Positions 27,801-36,920 are shown, numbered from the stretch's first letter. The stretch: DNA of 63,987 bases from an uncultured Gemmatimonadota bacterium (GCA_964490075.1 CAZBBK010000030.1:1-63987), one strand, 5' to 3'. Notes: generated by a model from the sequence alone, not told the origin. Numbers and translations are program-made.

Positions 27801-29644
27801 CGCGCCTCTCGGCCGTTTTCGGTTTCGGCGTGCGTCAGCGGCTGCAGCGTGCGTCGCACCGTCGGCATGGTGAGCTGGGGCCGCGTGTAGAACGTGCCCG
27901 AGCCCTTGCGGGTTCCGCCCCAGCGCACCAGGAAGAGCTCGCCGGGCAGCTTCAGGTCACTGATCAGGGCATCGGCGGCGCGTTGCTGCTGCTCGAGCTG
28001 GTCCTCGCCCCGGCTCTTATTGACGAGCTTGCCCACCTTGACCGCGCGCAACGCCCACACCATCGCGCGCTGCAAAGCAACCTCACGCAAGTCATCGACC
28101 GCGCTGTCGGGCTCCTTTTGCTCCCGGTCCTGGTCGTCCAGTGTCGGGTCGGTCACCGAGTCCGCAGTTTCGGTGTCATCTCTCTCCGCGGCATTCTCCC
28201 CGACGTCCTCGTTGTCGGGTCCGTCTTCCTCCCCGAGAACCAGCCCCTTGGTGTCCTTGGCCTTTTCGACGAGGGCCTTGATGGCCTTGTCGTCCATCGC
28301 TTCGAGCCGAGAGATGGGGAGCGCCGGCTGATCGCCCAGGTTCAGGAAGAGGACGGCATCGCCCGTGGCCTTCTGCAGCTCGTAGTCGAGCAGACCCTCG
28401 TAGAGGATCCCGATGTACTCGCTCGACAGATCGGTGAAATTCACCGGCTCGGTCACGCGACGCCACGCGCGACCGTCGCGCATCCTAACCGTGGTGCGGG
28501 TAAGCATGACGAGGATTTGGTGGATGACCTCGTCATCCGGCGGCGACTGCGTGGACTCGATTAGGTGCAGCGCCCGCCCGACGGGGTCGCCGTCTTTGCG
28601 GCCCGGACGGAACAGATCACCACCGTAGGCGGGCAGCGTGATCGCAGGGTGCGGCGAGCCTTCGTAGAGCAGAGAGAAGAGCGCCAAGAGCCGCGACCAG
28701 CTGCTGTGCCGGTTGCGTCGGCGGAGGCGGCTCACGCGATCGAGGGACTCGAGCAGCCCCGTGATGCCGTATGCGTGGTGGTAGACCGGGTTCTCCTGCG
28801 GCAGCATGCCTCGCGCCTCGGCGAAGAGCGTGACCACCAGGCGCATGACGAAGTGGCACGCCGCCACGTAGACCGTCTGGGCGTCGAGATCGTCCCACGC
28901 CTCCTCGATCACGGGTCGACGCGAGACGAGGAGCGCTTCCACCGCCTTGCGAACCCGCTCGCCCAGCTCGGATGAGAGTCGAGCCTGCCCCTGGCGAGTC
29001 TCGGCGATCGCCGCCAGCAGAGGGGATCGTGTGGCGCCCTCCGCGGGCGTCAGAACCTGCCTGCCCAGGAGGCGCGAGAAGCCTACGACGGAGTCTGACA
29101 GCCGCCCGCCGCTGAAGAACTCGCTCGTATCCCACTCGACCCAGGCTTGGGTGTCCGCGTCGGCGTAGATGAGCCGCCACTGCCGGCCGTTGGTGACCAA
29201 GCCGAGCGGTGCCCGATGTCGGCGCAGGTACTCGGTGATCTGGGCAACAGGACGCCTGCCCTTGTGCAGTCCCACCTGGCGGACCTTGGTGGTGAAGACG
29301 TGCAGCGACGCGCCCCCCTCGCCGTTCCACACCCGCCTCGGCTTCCATCGGGTGCCGTCGAGCAAGGTCTCTGCGTACTCGGGACCGACGTGGGATCCCT
29401 TCGACCAGCCTGATTTGAGTCCGGTCACCTGCTCGAGCAGGAGATCCATGAGCGTGGTGAGCGCATCACCCTTGGCTGCACCTTCATCGGGCAAGGCGAT
29501 GACCGCCGACCGAAGGGTTTCGGGCAGCTTCCACGGTAGCGGCTGGGTCTCGGGCAGCGCATCCAGGTGGGTGCGGTCGATCAGCTGCCCGCCGTGGCGC
29601 AGGCTGAGCCACCAGTCCATCAGCTCGTCGGGACGCTCCGTCAT
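24839..29644 (-). CDS. Large N6-adenine DNA methyltransferase (type IIG/Eco57I-like, DrmMI-like)
   Basis: YEGLL, RKGSGTFYT, motif I VVDPAMGSASF, YGVDINPLAVELAKVALW, FHWELEYP, motif IV VVGNPPW, FENR..IF.IH; ATGA overlap with the SNF2 gene. Confidence 0.92.
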   Translation of the reverse strand: MTERPDELMDWWLSLRHGGQLIDRTHLDALPETQPLPWKLPETLRSAVIALPDEGAAKGDALTTLMDLLLEQVTGLKSGWSKGSHVGPEYAETLLDGTRWKPRRVWNGEGGASLHVFTTKVRQVGLHKGRRPVAQITEYLRRHRAPLGLVTNGRQWRLIYADADTQAWVEWDTSEFFSGGRLSDSVVGFSRLLGRQVLTPAEGATRSPLLAAIAETRQGQARLSSELGERVRKAVEALLVSRRPVIEEAWDDLDAQTVYVAACHFVMRLVVTLFAEARGMLPQENPVYHHAYGITGLLESLDRVSRLRRRNRHSSWSRLLALFSLLYEGSPHPAITLPAYGGDLFRPGRKDGDPVGRALHLIESTQSPPDDEVIHQILVMLTRTTVRMRDGRAWRRVTEPVNFTDLSSEYIGILYEGLLDYELQKATGDAVLFLNLGDQPALPISRLEAMDDKAIKALVEKAKDTKGLVLGEEDGPDNEDVGENAAERDDTETADSVTDPTLDDQDREQKEPDSAVDDLREVALQRAMVWALRAVKVGKLVNKSRGEDQLEQQQRAADALISDLKLPGELFLVRWGGTRKGSGTFYTRPQLTMPTVRRTLQPLTHAETENGREARTPEEILTLKVVDPAMGSASFLVAALRVLTQAVIEGAYTHGRVHGEGTRTRVEIATLAESDRVFPFAADDPRFDEEFEDCIKRYVVEHCLYGVDINPLAVELAKVALWVETLDDKLPFTFLDHKLKAGNSLVGCWVDRFREYPLLAWLRDSPDYKYKGVHHESGRWHKALGAKRKTVIAGQNQILQEAVSGQIPIAYEDDDGAMRRDLETVRDLFAKLRRIPANRPDRRARLYRQQIEHHPAIDRLRAAFDVWTALWFWPLDKLDAAPDPRTLHAPSAEAVAIVEEMVGTPARRFFHWELEYPDVFHKRGAGFDAVVGNPPWEIQKPSSKEYFSNLDPLYRSYGKQEALRRQRAIFEDQPAEEERWLGYVADYKARGNFVRYAGEPFGDGKIAGHGGGDVSLARGKAGGPLHEHWRKQRRAHRGFADPGHPFRHQGSADLNTYKMFVEAGHALLREGGELGLIVPSGIYTDKGTGDLRRLLLEQSRWRWLFGFENRDKIFDIHRSFKFCILIAQKGGQTEGIGAAFMRHDLEDWGRADGAEYVLEYPAERVKAFSPRSLSILEIRSERDLAVLQKIYDNGVLLGDESPDGWGIKYAREFDMTNDSKLFPPREKWEAKGYRPDEYGRWIGPGGDVALPLFEGRMIGQFDFSEKGWVSGKGRTAVWRDIPWDAKVLEPQFLMSEADYAEHRATDALTKVLFMDVSSATNQRTMIAAVVPPFPAGNKTPLLQTTELDGPSLSAVLNSFAYDAQLRVRLGGLTLNYFIIEETALPGLNTCLGGLGRLAKRLTSVHPVFAPSCRTSTPATAWALTPHERLRIRSILDAIVATLYGLDRPDFAWILRDCDHPVATLSDRNFTRTLDPKGFWRVDKDKPPELRHTVLSLVAFDALQQQIDAASGDRDAGISAFTEQNDGEGWLLPETLRLADHDLGHDERARAPQPVASVLGPRFLDWQLEQTPEESWAECERHARVLAHDRGDVPEMKTEDER
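24891..24992. repeat. 102-bp direct repeat copy B (3' end of the methyltransferase gene)
   Basis: Matches 23681-23782. Confidence 0.95.
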
Positions 29645-32600
29645 GCGTCACCTCCCGGCAGCCGGAGCTCCACCGCGATCGGGTAGACCCTGGCCTCCCC
29701 CCGCAAGACGTAGCGTTTTGGGAGTACCCGCTCGAGCACCCGCTTTCTCTCGTCTCGCATGGTGCCGAGCCAGCGGTTGTAGTGCTCGCGACGCAGAGTC
29801 ACCTCGGCCTCCAGCTCCGCGAGCTGCTTCTCGAGGTCTGCGCGCAGGGTCTGAAAGAGGATCCCCTGCTTGAGCTCTCCGCGCTTTTTCTCCGCCTCTC
29901 GGGCCACCTGCTTGGCCGTGTTCTCGCGCTCCCTCTGGATCTCCTTGATGCGGCGGTCGAAACGCTCGCTCTCGGTATCCTGGGCAGCACCGCGAGCTTC
30001 AGACATCTGGCGTTCGATGTTGGCCTGCAGATCGGACTGGAGCGTCCTGATAGACCGCTTCAGGTCCTTCGATACGTCGTCCCACAGGTCGCGCGCTCGA
30101 TCGACATCTCCGACGTCGCCGCTTGGCAGGTCGCCCGCGGGGACATCGGGTAGCCGCTCAGCCAGCTCTCCGCCCCGCACCGCGTAGCGAAGGGTTCGCA
30201 CCCAGTGGTGGCATGGCTCCCGTAGCTCGTTGACAGCAAGCTCCTCCAAGGTGAGCTGGATGATGCCGTCCATTCCCGGCGGGACCCCACCACGCCGCGC
30301 CACCCAGCGACTCGCCGAGTCCACGCCCCCCGGAAAGCGGTAGCGCGCGAAGGTGGACATCACCCGGTGGTAAAGCTCATGGCCCAGATGCAGCAGTCTC
30401 GAGTCCGATTCGGGCGTGTAGACCGGCCGCCCCGAGAGATTCCGAATGTAGTGCGCCGGGTCGAAGACGAGGGCGGGCAGCGGGCCCCGGCCCCCCTGGG
30501 GCGGCTCGAGGCGGATGGTGGCGTCGACCAGCTCGGTCCACAGCGAGGGCACCGGTCGCTTCAGGCGGTCGCGCCCCTTCGGATCCTGCTCGAAGCGCGG
30601 CAGCTTCGGCGCCGGCGCCCCGATCGAGAGCGCGGTCTCCAAGGTCTCGCGCAGTGTCTCGGGCGACAGATCGACATCGCGTCGCAGGACCTCGAGCCGG
30701 GCCTGCTCGTCGGCGCCGGGAATGGCCTGGCCCTCCGGGATGTCGTCGGGCACCGACCGGGTCTCGAGCCGCATGTTCAGCTCGGCCTCGACACGCTCCG
30801 GGCTCTCGTCGTTTTCGAAGTGCGACAGGATTGCGCCGGCGAAGAGGTCATCGGTGGCGACGCGGTCCTCGCGGGTCTGGCTTCGCTTGGCCAGCACCTT
30901 GCCCAGGAACCGGACCGAGTCGTCGTCGAGGCTGTCGAAGTGGAAGACGGTCACGTCGCGGGCCTGGCCGTGACGATCCAGGCGACCGTTGCGCTGCTCC
31001 ATTCGCCCCGGGTTCCACGGGATGTCCCAGTGCAGCAGGTAGCGACAAGAGCGCTGGAGGTTGAGCCCCTCGCCCGCGGCGTCGGTGGCGAGCAGGATGC
31101 GCACCGGATGCCGCGGATCGTTGAACGCCATCTTCACCGCGTCCCGATCGGTCTCCCGCATGCCACCGATGAGCTCGAGAACCGCATTCTCGTCGCCGTA
31201 ACGGCGCAGGAGCCGGGCCCGGAGGTACTCGAGTGTGTTCAGGTACTCCGTGAAAATCACCACACGTTCGTCGGTCCGCCATCCGTCCCCTTGGCGAAGC
31301 GTTTGGTCGATCCAGGTCGTGAGCGTCTTGAATCGAGCGTCCGCGGCCACCCTGCCCGCCGCCTCGTCGATCGCCGCTCGATGCGCTTCGGGGTCGAGGG
31401 CGCGCGACACGAGCCCGAGGTCGAGCCGGTCCACGACCGAGCTGATCTCTCGAATCGGCTGCTCCACCTGCTCGCGGAAGGGGCGCAGCCACGCCCCCAG
31501 GGTTCGTTCCGCATGCTGCTGGCGGCTGGTCTGCTCCGCGTCGTCGTCGCTGTCCTCTTCCTGCGCGGCGCGCGCCTTGCGAACGGCTTGCGCCGACGCG
31601 GCGGCCTGAACATCATCGAGCCCGGCGAGCAGGTTGAGCCAGCTCTGGCCAAAGGCCCAGGGCCCCGACAAGAGACGCTTGGAGAGGACTTCGAGGGCGA
31701 AGTTGCTCGCCATTCGCCCGGCGTGGTCCCCTGCCGAGAAGGCCTCTTGCACCGACTTCCGAAAATCGTGAACGGCGATCTGGAGCGCCCGCTCGAGCGC
31801 TCCGAAGCGCAGAGGCGGCAGCGCCTCGATCGATCGCTTCGAGAAGCGGGGCGCCTCCCCCTGCGCCACATAGCTTCCATTGATCTGGCTCTTGAGCCGG
31901 CGAATGACGACCTGGCTCACCTGGGTGCGATCCTCGGTGCTGAGCTCTGTCTTCCGGGTGAAGCGCACCGGATCGAGCGCCTCGAGCAGCCCCGAGAAGC
32001 TGCGCGTGTGCCCGTTGTGCGGGGTGGCGGTCAGGAAAAGGCGGTGCTCGAACCAGGGCGCGATCGCCTGCAGCATCTTCGATAGATCGGAGTCGCGGCC
32101 GAAACTGGAGGGAGCCAGGTTGTGCGCCTCGTCGACGATGAGCAGGTCCCAGCGCAGCGTCCCGTCCTGCCCGGGTTCGGCGACCGCGCGGAACTGCTCC
32201 AGCACGTCGGGCTGCTTGAGGTAGTGGTAAGAAGCGATGATGCGCTCGTGGGAGCGCCACGGGTTGGCGTGGATGCCTTGCAGACGCTGAAGCTGAATCT
32301 GGTGACCGCGGTCCACCAACTGGAAGGGCAGAGAGAACTTCTCCTGCATCTCCTCGCGCCACTGGGTGCGAAGCGCGGCGGGGCAGATGACCAACACCCT
32401 TCGAATGCGGCGGCGGAGCATGAGCTCACGGAGAACGAGGCCCGCCTGAATCGTCTTGCCGAGACCGACCGCATCGGCCAGCATCAGCGTCACGCGCGGC
32501 ATCTCGAGCGCGCGCAGCAGGGGCACGAGCTGGTAGGCCTCCAGGGCCACCGCTCCATAGAGCGGGGAAGCGAGCGGCGGACGGTCCTTCGCGAGGCCCG

Positions 32601-32907
32601 AGAAGGGCAAAGTGGGGGTCAAGGCCGACCATCGCGCGGCGCGCACCATGGCGTCGAATTCACGCAGCTCCATCGGCTGCATGCTCTCGACGAGCGGCGG
32701 CGTGGCGGGCTCTACGACGCGGGTTCCCGGCTCCACCTCCCACAAGAGCTGGTCGGATTCCGCTCCCTGCCCGTCGGTGTAGTCGACCTCTACGAGGTGG
32801 TATCTGCCCTGCTCGGCGGCATCGTACGGTTGCACGCCGGTGATCATCGCGCGCCGATTGCGGACGACCGCCATCATGCCTTCGCGGGGTTGCAACTCGG
32901 TGCTCAT
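29641..32907 (-). CDS. SNF2-family helicase, DISARM DrmD-like
   Basis: N-terminal VVRNRR..LLWEVEPG, YQLVPLLRALEMPRV.LMLADAVGLGKTIQAG, DEAHN, LTATPHNG, TDAAGEGLNLQ, PWNP.RMEQRNGRLDRHGQ; ATG at 32907. Confidence 0.9.
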   Translation of the reverse strand: MSTELQPREGMMAVVRNRRAMITGVQPYDAAEQGRYHLVEVDYTDGQGAESDQLLWEVEPGTRVVEPATPPLVESMQPMELREFDAMVRAARWSALTPTLPFSGLAKDRPPLASPLYGAVALEAYQLVPLLRALEMPRVTLMLADAVGLGKTIQAGLVLRELMLRRRIRRVLVICPAALRTQWREEMQEKFSLPFQLVDRGHQIQLQRLQGIHANPWRSHERIIASYHYLKQPDVLEQFRAVAEPGQDGTLRWDLLIVDEAHNLAPSSFGRDSDLSKMLQAIAPWFEHRLFLTATPHNGHTRSFSGLLEALDPVRFTRKTELSTEDRTQVSQVVIRRLKSQINGSYVAQGEAPRFSKRSIEALPPLRFGALERALQIAVHDFRKSVQEAFSAGDHAGRMASNFALEVLSKRLLSGPWAFGQSWLNLLAGLDDVQAAASAQAVRKARAAQEEDSDDDAEQTSRQQHAERTLGAWLRPFREQVEQPIREISSVVDRLDLGLVSRALDPEAHRAAIDEAAGRVAADARFKTLTTWIDQTLRQGDGWRTDERVVIFTEYLNTLEYLRARLLRRYGDENAVLELIGGMRETDRDAVKMAFNDPRHPVRILLATDAAGEGLNLQRSCRYLLHWDIPWNPGRMEQRNGRLDRHGQARDVTVFHFDSLDDDSVRFLGKVLAKRSQTREDRVATDDLFAGAILSHFENDESPERVEAELNMRLETRSVPDDIPEGQAIPGADEQARLEVLRRDVDLSPETLRETLETALSIGAPAPKLPRFEQDPKGRDRLKRPVPSLWTELVDATIRLEPPQGGRGPLPALVFDPAHYIRNLSGRPVYTPESDSRLLHLGHELYHRVMSTFARYRFPGGVDSASRWVARRGGVPPGMDGIIQLTLEELAVNELREPCHHWVRTLRYAVRGGELAERLPDVPAGDLPSGDVGDVDRARDLWDDVSKDLKRSIRTLQSDLQANIERQMSEARGAAQDTESERFDRRIKEIQRERENTAKQVAREAEKKRGELKQGILFQTLRADLEKQLAELEAEVTLRREHYNRWLGTMRDERKRVLERVLPKRYVLRGEARVYPIAVELRLPGGDA

Positions 32908-32968
32908 GGCGCCACTCCCACGACCGATTGGGTTTGGTGGCGGCCTCCGCGGACTCCGGTCCGGGGGC

Positions 32969-33292
32969 TCAATGCCTGCCTTCCCCGCTCTTCCTCTTGC
33001 TCCTCCGCCCCTTCCGCCCCCGGGTCCCCCGCGGCGAAGCGACTCGATACAGCGCCGCTCTGCCCTCTCCATGCCCTGCGATGAGGCCCTCGGCGACCAA
33101 CTCCGCCTCGTGCCGCAGCTCCGAGGGGGTCTTCGGCCGGTGGCTCAGCAGAAGCGCGGTGATCTGCTTGGCCTCGGTGTTGAGGGCCCCGAGCGCGGCT
33201 TGCCGCCGGGTCTCGACCCCGCGCGGAAACGCCCGCTTCCTCGTGACCGTCCGGGAGACCACTGGCCGAGTCCTGCGATTCATGACAGGCAT
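32969..33292 (-). pseudogene. Possible winged-helix fragment upstream of the defence operon
   Basis: LVAEGLIAGHGEGRAALYRV resembles a wHTH wing; the remainder is low complexity. Confidence 0.3.
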
Positions 33293-33444
33293 CGTAGCAG
33301 TGCGGGCGGCCGGTCAGGCAGCTTCGAGCCGGGGCGACCGGACCATTGCCCGGCATCCGGCTCGGCCCGTGCCGATGCCTGGTGTCTCCTCGCGGTCCTC
33401 AAAGCGCATCGGTCGCCGCGTGCAATCCAGCCAGCGAAGTCGGC

Positions 33445-33960
33445 CTACCAGCCGTGGGGGGCCTCGTTCACCGCGGGGAACTCCTCGAAGGTGGTGAGCA
33501 GCCAACGATCGATCTCGATCGGCCAGCCCGGCAATGCGGATGCGTCGATTCGTAGGGCGATCAGTTGATTGGTCTGATCGAGCCGATCGGTCCCGAATAC
33601 CGCCTCGATCTGGCCATCGTTGTCGATGTCGCCGCCGGCGATCTCGCAGCCGATATCATCGTGGAAAGAGACTGGCCAATCTGGGAGCATTGTCCCGCGT
33701 GAGTCGAAGACGCCGATATCTGTCGTCGACCATCCACCAAAAACGGTCTCCAGTCGCCCGTCCCCATCCATATCGACGACGAGCGGCGATCCCGCCCCCG
33801 CCGCCCAGGTGATCGGCCAGCCCTCGTCTTCCGGATACGCCCACGCAGGAGAAACCACGATTGTCGCTGCCAGCGCCGCCGCGAAAGGCACGAGCGAGCG
33901 CTGGTGGTGTCCACCCGCCACGATCTCATGACGGGTGGCACCGGTCGTGCCCTGCCTCAA
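33445..33960 (-). pseudogene. Truncated secreted FG-GAP/VCBS-repeat protein
   Basis: Signal peptide, GWP..SP..DMDGDGRLE and DIDNDGQIE repeats; stops after about 2.5 repeats. Confidence 0.65.
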
Positions 33961-34313
33961 GGACTGAACTCGCAGTTGCCGATCCGCGGAGGATCGGCAT
34001 CGAAATCAAAGGGCAAGAGCGAGAGGTAGAACTGCATCGTGTCACCCGCGGGGGCGTAGATCTTCACTTGCTCCTGGTAGGTCGCCGGCTTTACCAGGAT
34101 CGTGTCCGCGTGAACCGCGGCGTCTACCGCCGACTGAATCGTGGCGAAGCAGGGCGGCGTGCAGTCCGGGGCGACCACCTTGGTCCCGCCCTCAGCTTCC
34201 GACAGCAGCAGAAGAGAAACTACTGCGAGTAGCGAGTAGCGAATGCGGTCGAGACCGCCCCCCGACCGCGGATGGATCCCCGGAGGCCGAGGGAACCCCA
34301 CCGACCCCGACAC
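33957..34313 (-). pseudogene. Truncated secreted pectin-lyase-fold (right-handed beta-helix) protein N-terminus
   Basis: Signal peptide then FATIQSAVDAA..DTILVKPATYQE; ends shortly after. Confidence 0.6.
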
Positions 34314-34356
34314 AAAGCCCAGCTCCGCGCCCGGAACCGCGAGTCATGACGCCTTT

Positions 34357-34560
34357 TCGCGACACTACTCACCACTCTCGATCGAGAGTGCGGAGCTACG
34401 ACCGTATATCCGTCATAACTCGCCGCTCATCGCGATGAACCCGGAGCCACGACCGTATTCGCGTCGTACCTCGCGACTCTCGATCGAGATCGCCGAGTTG
34501 TGACCAGAATCTGGCCGCACCCTTCAGCTTCTCGATCGGAGTCGCGTGTCGCGACCGGAT
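34357..34560. repeat. Four degenerate 51-bp tandem units, each with a central palindrome
   Basis: Units start at 34357, 34408, 34459, 34510; centres cactctcgatcgagagtg, tcatcgcgatga, tctcgatcgaga, ctcgatcgga; shared gacc tail. Confidence 0.8.
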
Positions 34561-34664
34561 TCCGGCCCTGATGCCACGACGCCGGAACGGGGCGGGGGCC
34601 CGCGGACACCGGACATCCAGGGGGGCCCGCGTGGGTGGCGGGCGAACGAGCCGAGAGCAAGGCG

Positions 34665-34815
34665 GCCGTTCCGCGCACCTGACTCGCCTCAGGAAGGGAT
34701 GTGGGTCTGTGCGCGGTCGCGCCCGGCGCCTGAGATTGCTCAGGCGGGGTTCGTGGCCGCTTCTCGGTCGATTCGCGCGCCTGAGGCTGCTCAGTCCGTG
34801 ATCGGCGCGCTTCGC
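34665..34815. repeat. Second 51-bp-period array (3 units) with a cctga-N6-tcagg palindrome
   Basis: cctgactcgcctcagg 34678, cctgagattgctcagg 34729, cctgaggctgctcagt 34780. Confidence 0.75.
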
Positions 34816-34935
34816 CCGAATGTTGTTCCACTGGCGTTTCGATATACGACCGCATCGTCGGCATCCGGGGGGAAACCGTTCTCGACAGCGGCACTTCTCG
34901 AGCCCCTGCCCTCGCCGACGTCCACACTCCAATTC

Positions 34936-36858
34936 CTACCGCCACTGCACCAAGTCGTCGAAGTAAGCCTCGCTGTCTCGGTAGAGCCCCAGGAAGGTCG
35001 TCCCGTAGAAGAAATCGCTGCCCGAGGCGGCGAAGAGCAGCGGCTGGCCGTCGATGACGACGCTCATGCTGACCCCGTCGTTCTCCAGGCGCACCGTGTG
35101 CCAGTCCCCGAGGGCGAGCTGCAGCGGGGCGGTGTCGACCAGCTCCAGGCCCAGGCGCGGCCGCAGCAGCCAGAGGCTGGCGCGCTCGGCGCCGATCGCG
35201 AGCAGGTTGCCCCACTGCGGGTGCATCTCGGGCGAGATCTCGGAGTGGAGCGCGGAGGTGGCGAGCGAGAAGCGGCCGCGTTCGAGCCGCACCCGCACTC
35301 CGGCGCTGTAGGGACTGTCGGGCTCCGAGAAGAGCCCCAGCGTCGACACCGGCAAGCTCGGATCGGCGCCGCCGCCGCGCAGGTGCCGGGCGTGCAGGAC
35401 CCCGTTCTGCGGCGCGTCGGGGTGCGGCACAACGCTCCAGGTCGAGCGGAATCCGGGCAGGTCCCAGTGGGCGCCGACATCGCTCAGCGGCGTGCTCAGA
35501 TCGAAGCGCACCCGCAGGAAGGGGCCGGGGCCGAAGCCAGGCGGGCGGCGGCCGTGCATGAGAGCCGTCGATTCGAGCAGAGCGCTCTCCAGCTTGCGCA
35601 GCAAGACCGGCTCCTGGGCCGCCAGATCGTGGCGTTCGCGCGGATCGTCCGGCAGGTGGTAGAGCTCGGTCGCGGTGCTGGGCTCCAGGAGCGCGCCGCG
35701 GTGGATCACCTTCCAGGCCCGGTAGTGCAGGGCGCGAGCCTCCAGGATATGCGACTCCGATTCGTCGCGGTCGCCGGCAGCCAGCAGATCACGCCCCTCG
35801 AAGTGGGACGGCCTCTCGATGTTCAAGAGCTCCAGAATGGTCGGAGCCAGGTCGACATGGCCCACGTTCTCCGCGCGCCATTCGCCGGCGCGCGAGCCGA
35901 AGCGCCGCTGGTGGGCGGGCGGCAGGAGCATGATCAGGGGCACGTGGGTGTTCCCCTGGTAGTGGCTGCGGTGGCAGAAGTAGTAGCCGTGCTCCCCGGC
36001 CAGCATCTCGCCGTGGTCGGCGGTAATGATGACCAGCGTGGAGTCGCGCAGCCCGAGCGATTCGAGCGCCTGCATCAGTCGCTGAATCTCTCGGTCCATG
36101 TAGGCCAGCAGCCCGTCGTACTGCGCCACGTACCAGTCCATCGACAGGGAGTCGCGCATCACCGCGACCCGCGGCATGCCTCCCTCGCAGAGCGGCCCCG
36201 GCAGGATCGCAGGCACGTCTCCCAGTCCTCCATAGTAGCTGTCGCCGACGAAGAGCTCGTCGAAGGGAGGGGGCGCTTCGTAGGGCGAATGGCAGGCGCG
36301 GGGCTGCAAGAAGAGCAGGAAGGGTTTGGCGTGAGCACGTTCCAGATAGTCGATCGCCAGATCGGTCAGGTTGGCATCGGGGCGGTAGGTGTGGGTCGCC
36401 TCGTCGAAGCGCGCGGCCAGCTGCCGGCCGGCCCCCATGAGCACCGGGTTGCTGGTGATCAGCCACGACTCGAAGCCTTGGGCCCGGAGCAGCTCGGGAA
36501 GCGTCGGCCAGTTTTGCGAGAGTGCCGAGGTGAAGCGCGAGGCCCGGTGGCTGGCGGTGGTCACGCCGGTGAGGATCGTCGAGGTGCCGGGGAAGGTGTG
36601 GGTGCTGGAGCTGGTGGCGCGCTCCCAGACGATCCCGTCGCCGGCCAGTGCATCGACATAGGGCGTGGTCTCGCGGGCATAGCCGTAGAGGCCGAAGTGG
36701 TCGGCCCGCGTGGTGTCGAGCACGTAGACGATCACGTTGTAGTCGCGCGGCACGCGCGGCGGTCGATCGTCGGCGCGGGCCGCGGACGAAGCCAGGCAGC
36801 CGGCCAGGGCGAGGCCCGCAACCAGCGCGGCGGAAGTTCCGAACGAAGGCGGTCTCAT
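34936..36858 (-). CDS. Secreted sulfatase-like hydrolase with C-terminal concanavalin-A-like domain
   Basis: NVIVYVLDTTRAD, THTFPGTSTILTG, HSPY, YDGLLAYMD, ITADHGE, ELYHL..DP.E; WHTVRLE..G..YFDDLV tail; GGAGG RBS. Confidence 0.87.
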   Translation of the reverse strand: MRPPSFGTSAALVAGLALAGCLASSAARADDRPPRVPRDYNVIVYVLDTTRADHFGLYGYARETTPYVDALAGDGIVWERATSSSTHTFPGTSTILTGVTTASHRASRFTSALSQNWPTLPELLRAQGFESWLITSNPVLMGAGRQLAARFDEATHTYRPDANLTDLAIDYLERAHAKPFLLFLQPRACHSPYEAPPPFDELFVGDSYYGGLGDVPAILPGPLCEGGMPRVAVMRDSLSMDWYVAQYDGLLAYMDREIQRLMQALESLGLRDSTLVIITADHGEMLAGEHGYYFCHRSHYQGNTHVPLIMLLPPAHQRRFGSRAGEWRAENVGHVDLAPTILELLNIERPSHFEGRDLLAAGDRDESESHILEARALHYRAWKVIHRGALLEPSTATELYHLPDDPRERHDLAAQEPVLLRKLESALLESTALMHGRRPPGFGPGPFLRVRFDLSTPLSDVGAHWDLPGFRSTWSVVPHPDAPQNGVLHARHLRGGGADPSLPVSTLGLFSEPDSPYSAGVRVRLERGRFSLATSALHSEISPEMHPQWGNLLAIGAERASLWLLRPRLGLELVDTAPLQLALGDWHTVRLENDGVSMSVVIDGQPLLFAASGSDFFYGTTFLGLYRDSEAYFDDLVQWR

Positions 36859-36920
36859 GGTCTCCTCCGCGGCCGTCTCATCCCATCCACTCCCAAGCTA
36901 ACCCGTGGGCTCGCCACCGC

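Noticed and set aside
24839-29644. BREX PglX assignment
   Set aside because: No pglZ, brxC or brxL; the partners are SNF2 and DUF1998 helicases.
13913-33450. Integrase or att-bounded mobile element carrying the defence operon
   Set aside because: No recombinase or transposase gene, and no boundary direct repeat found by eye.
34357-34815. CRISPR array
   Set aside because: No identical repeats, period of only 51 bp, units similar along most of their length, and no cas genes in the window.
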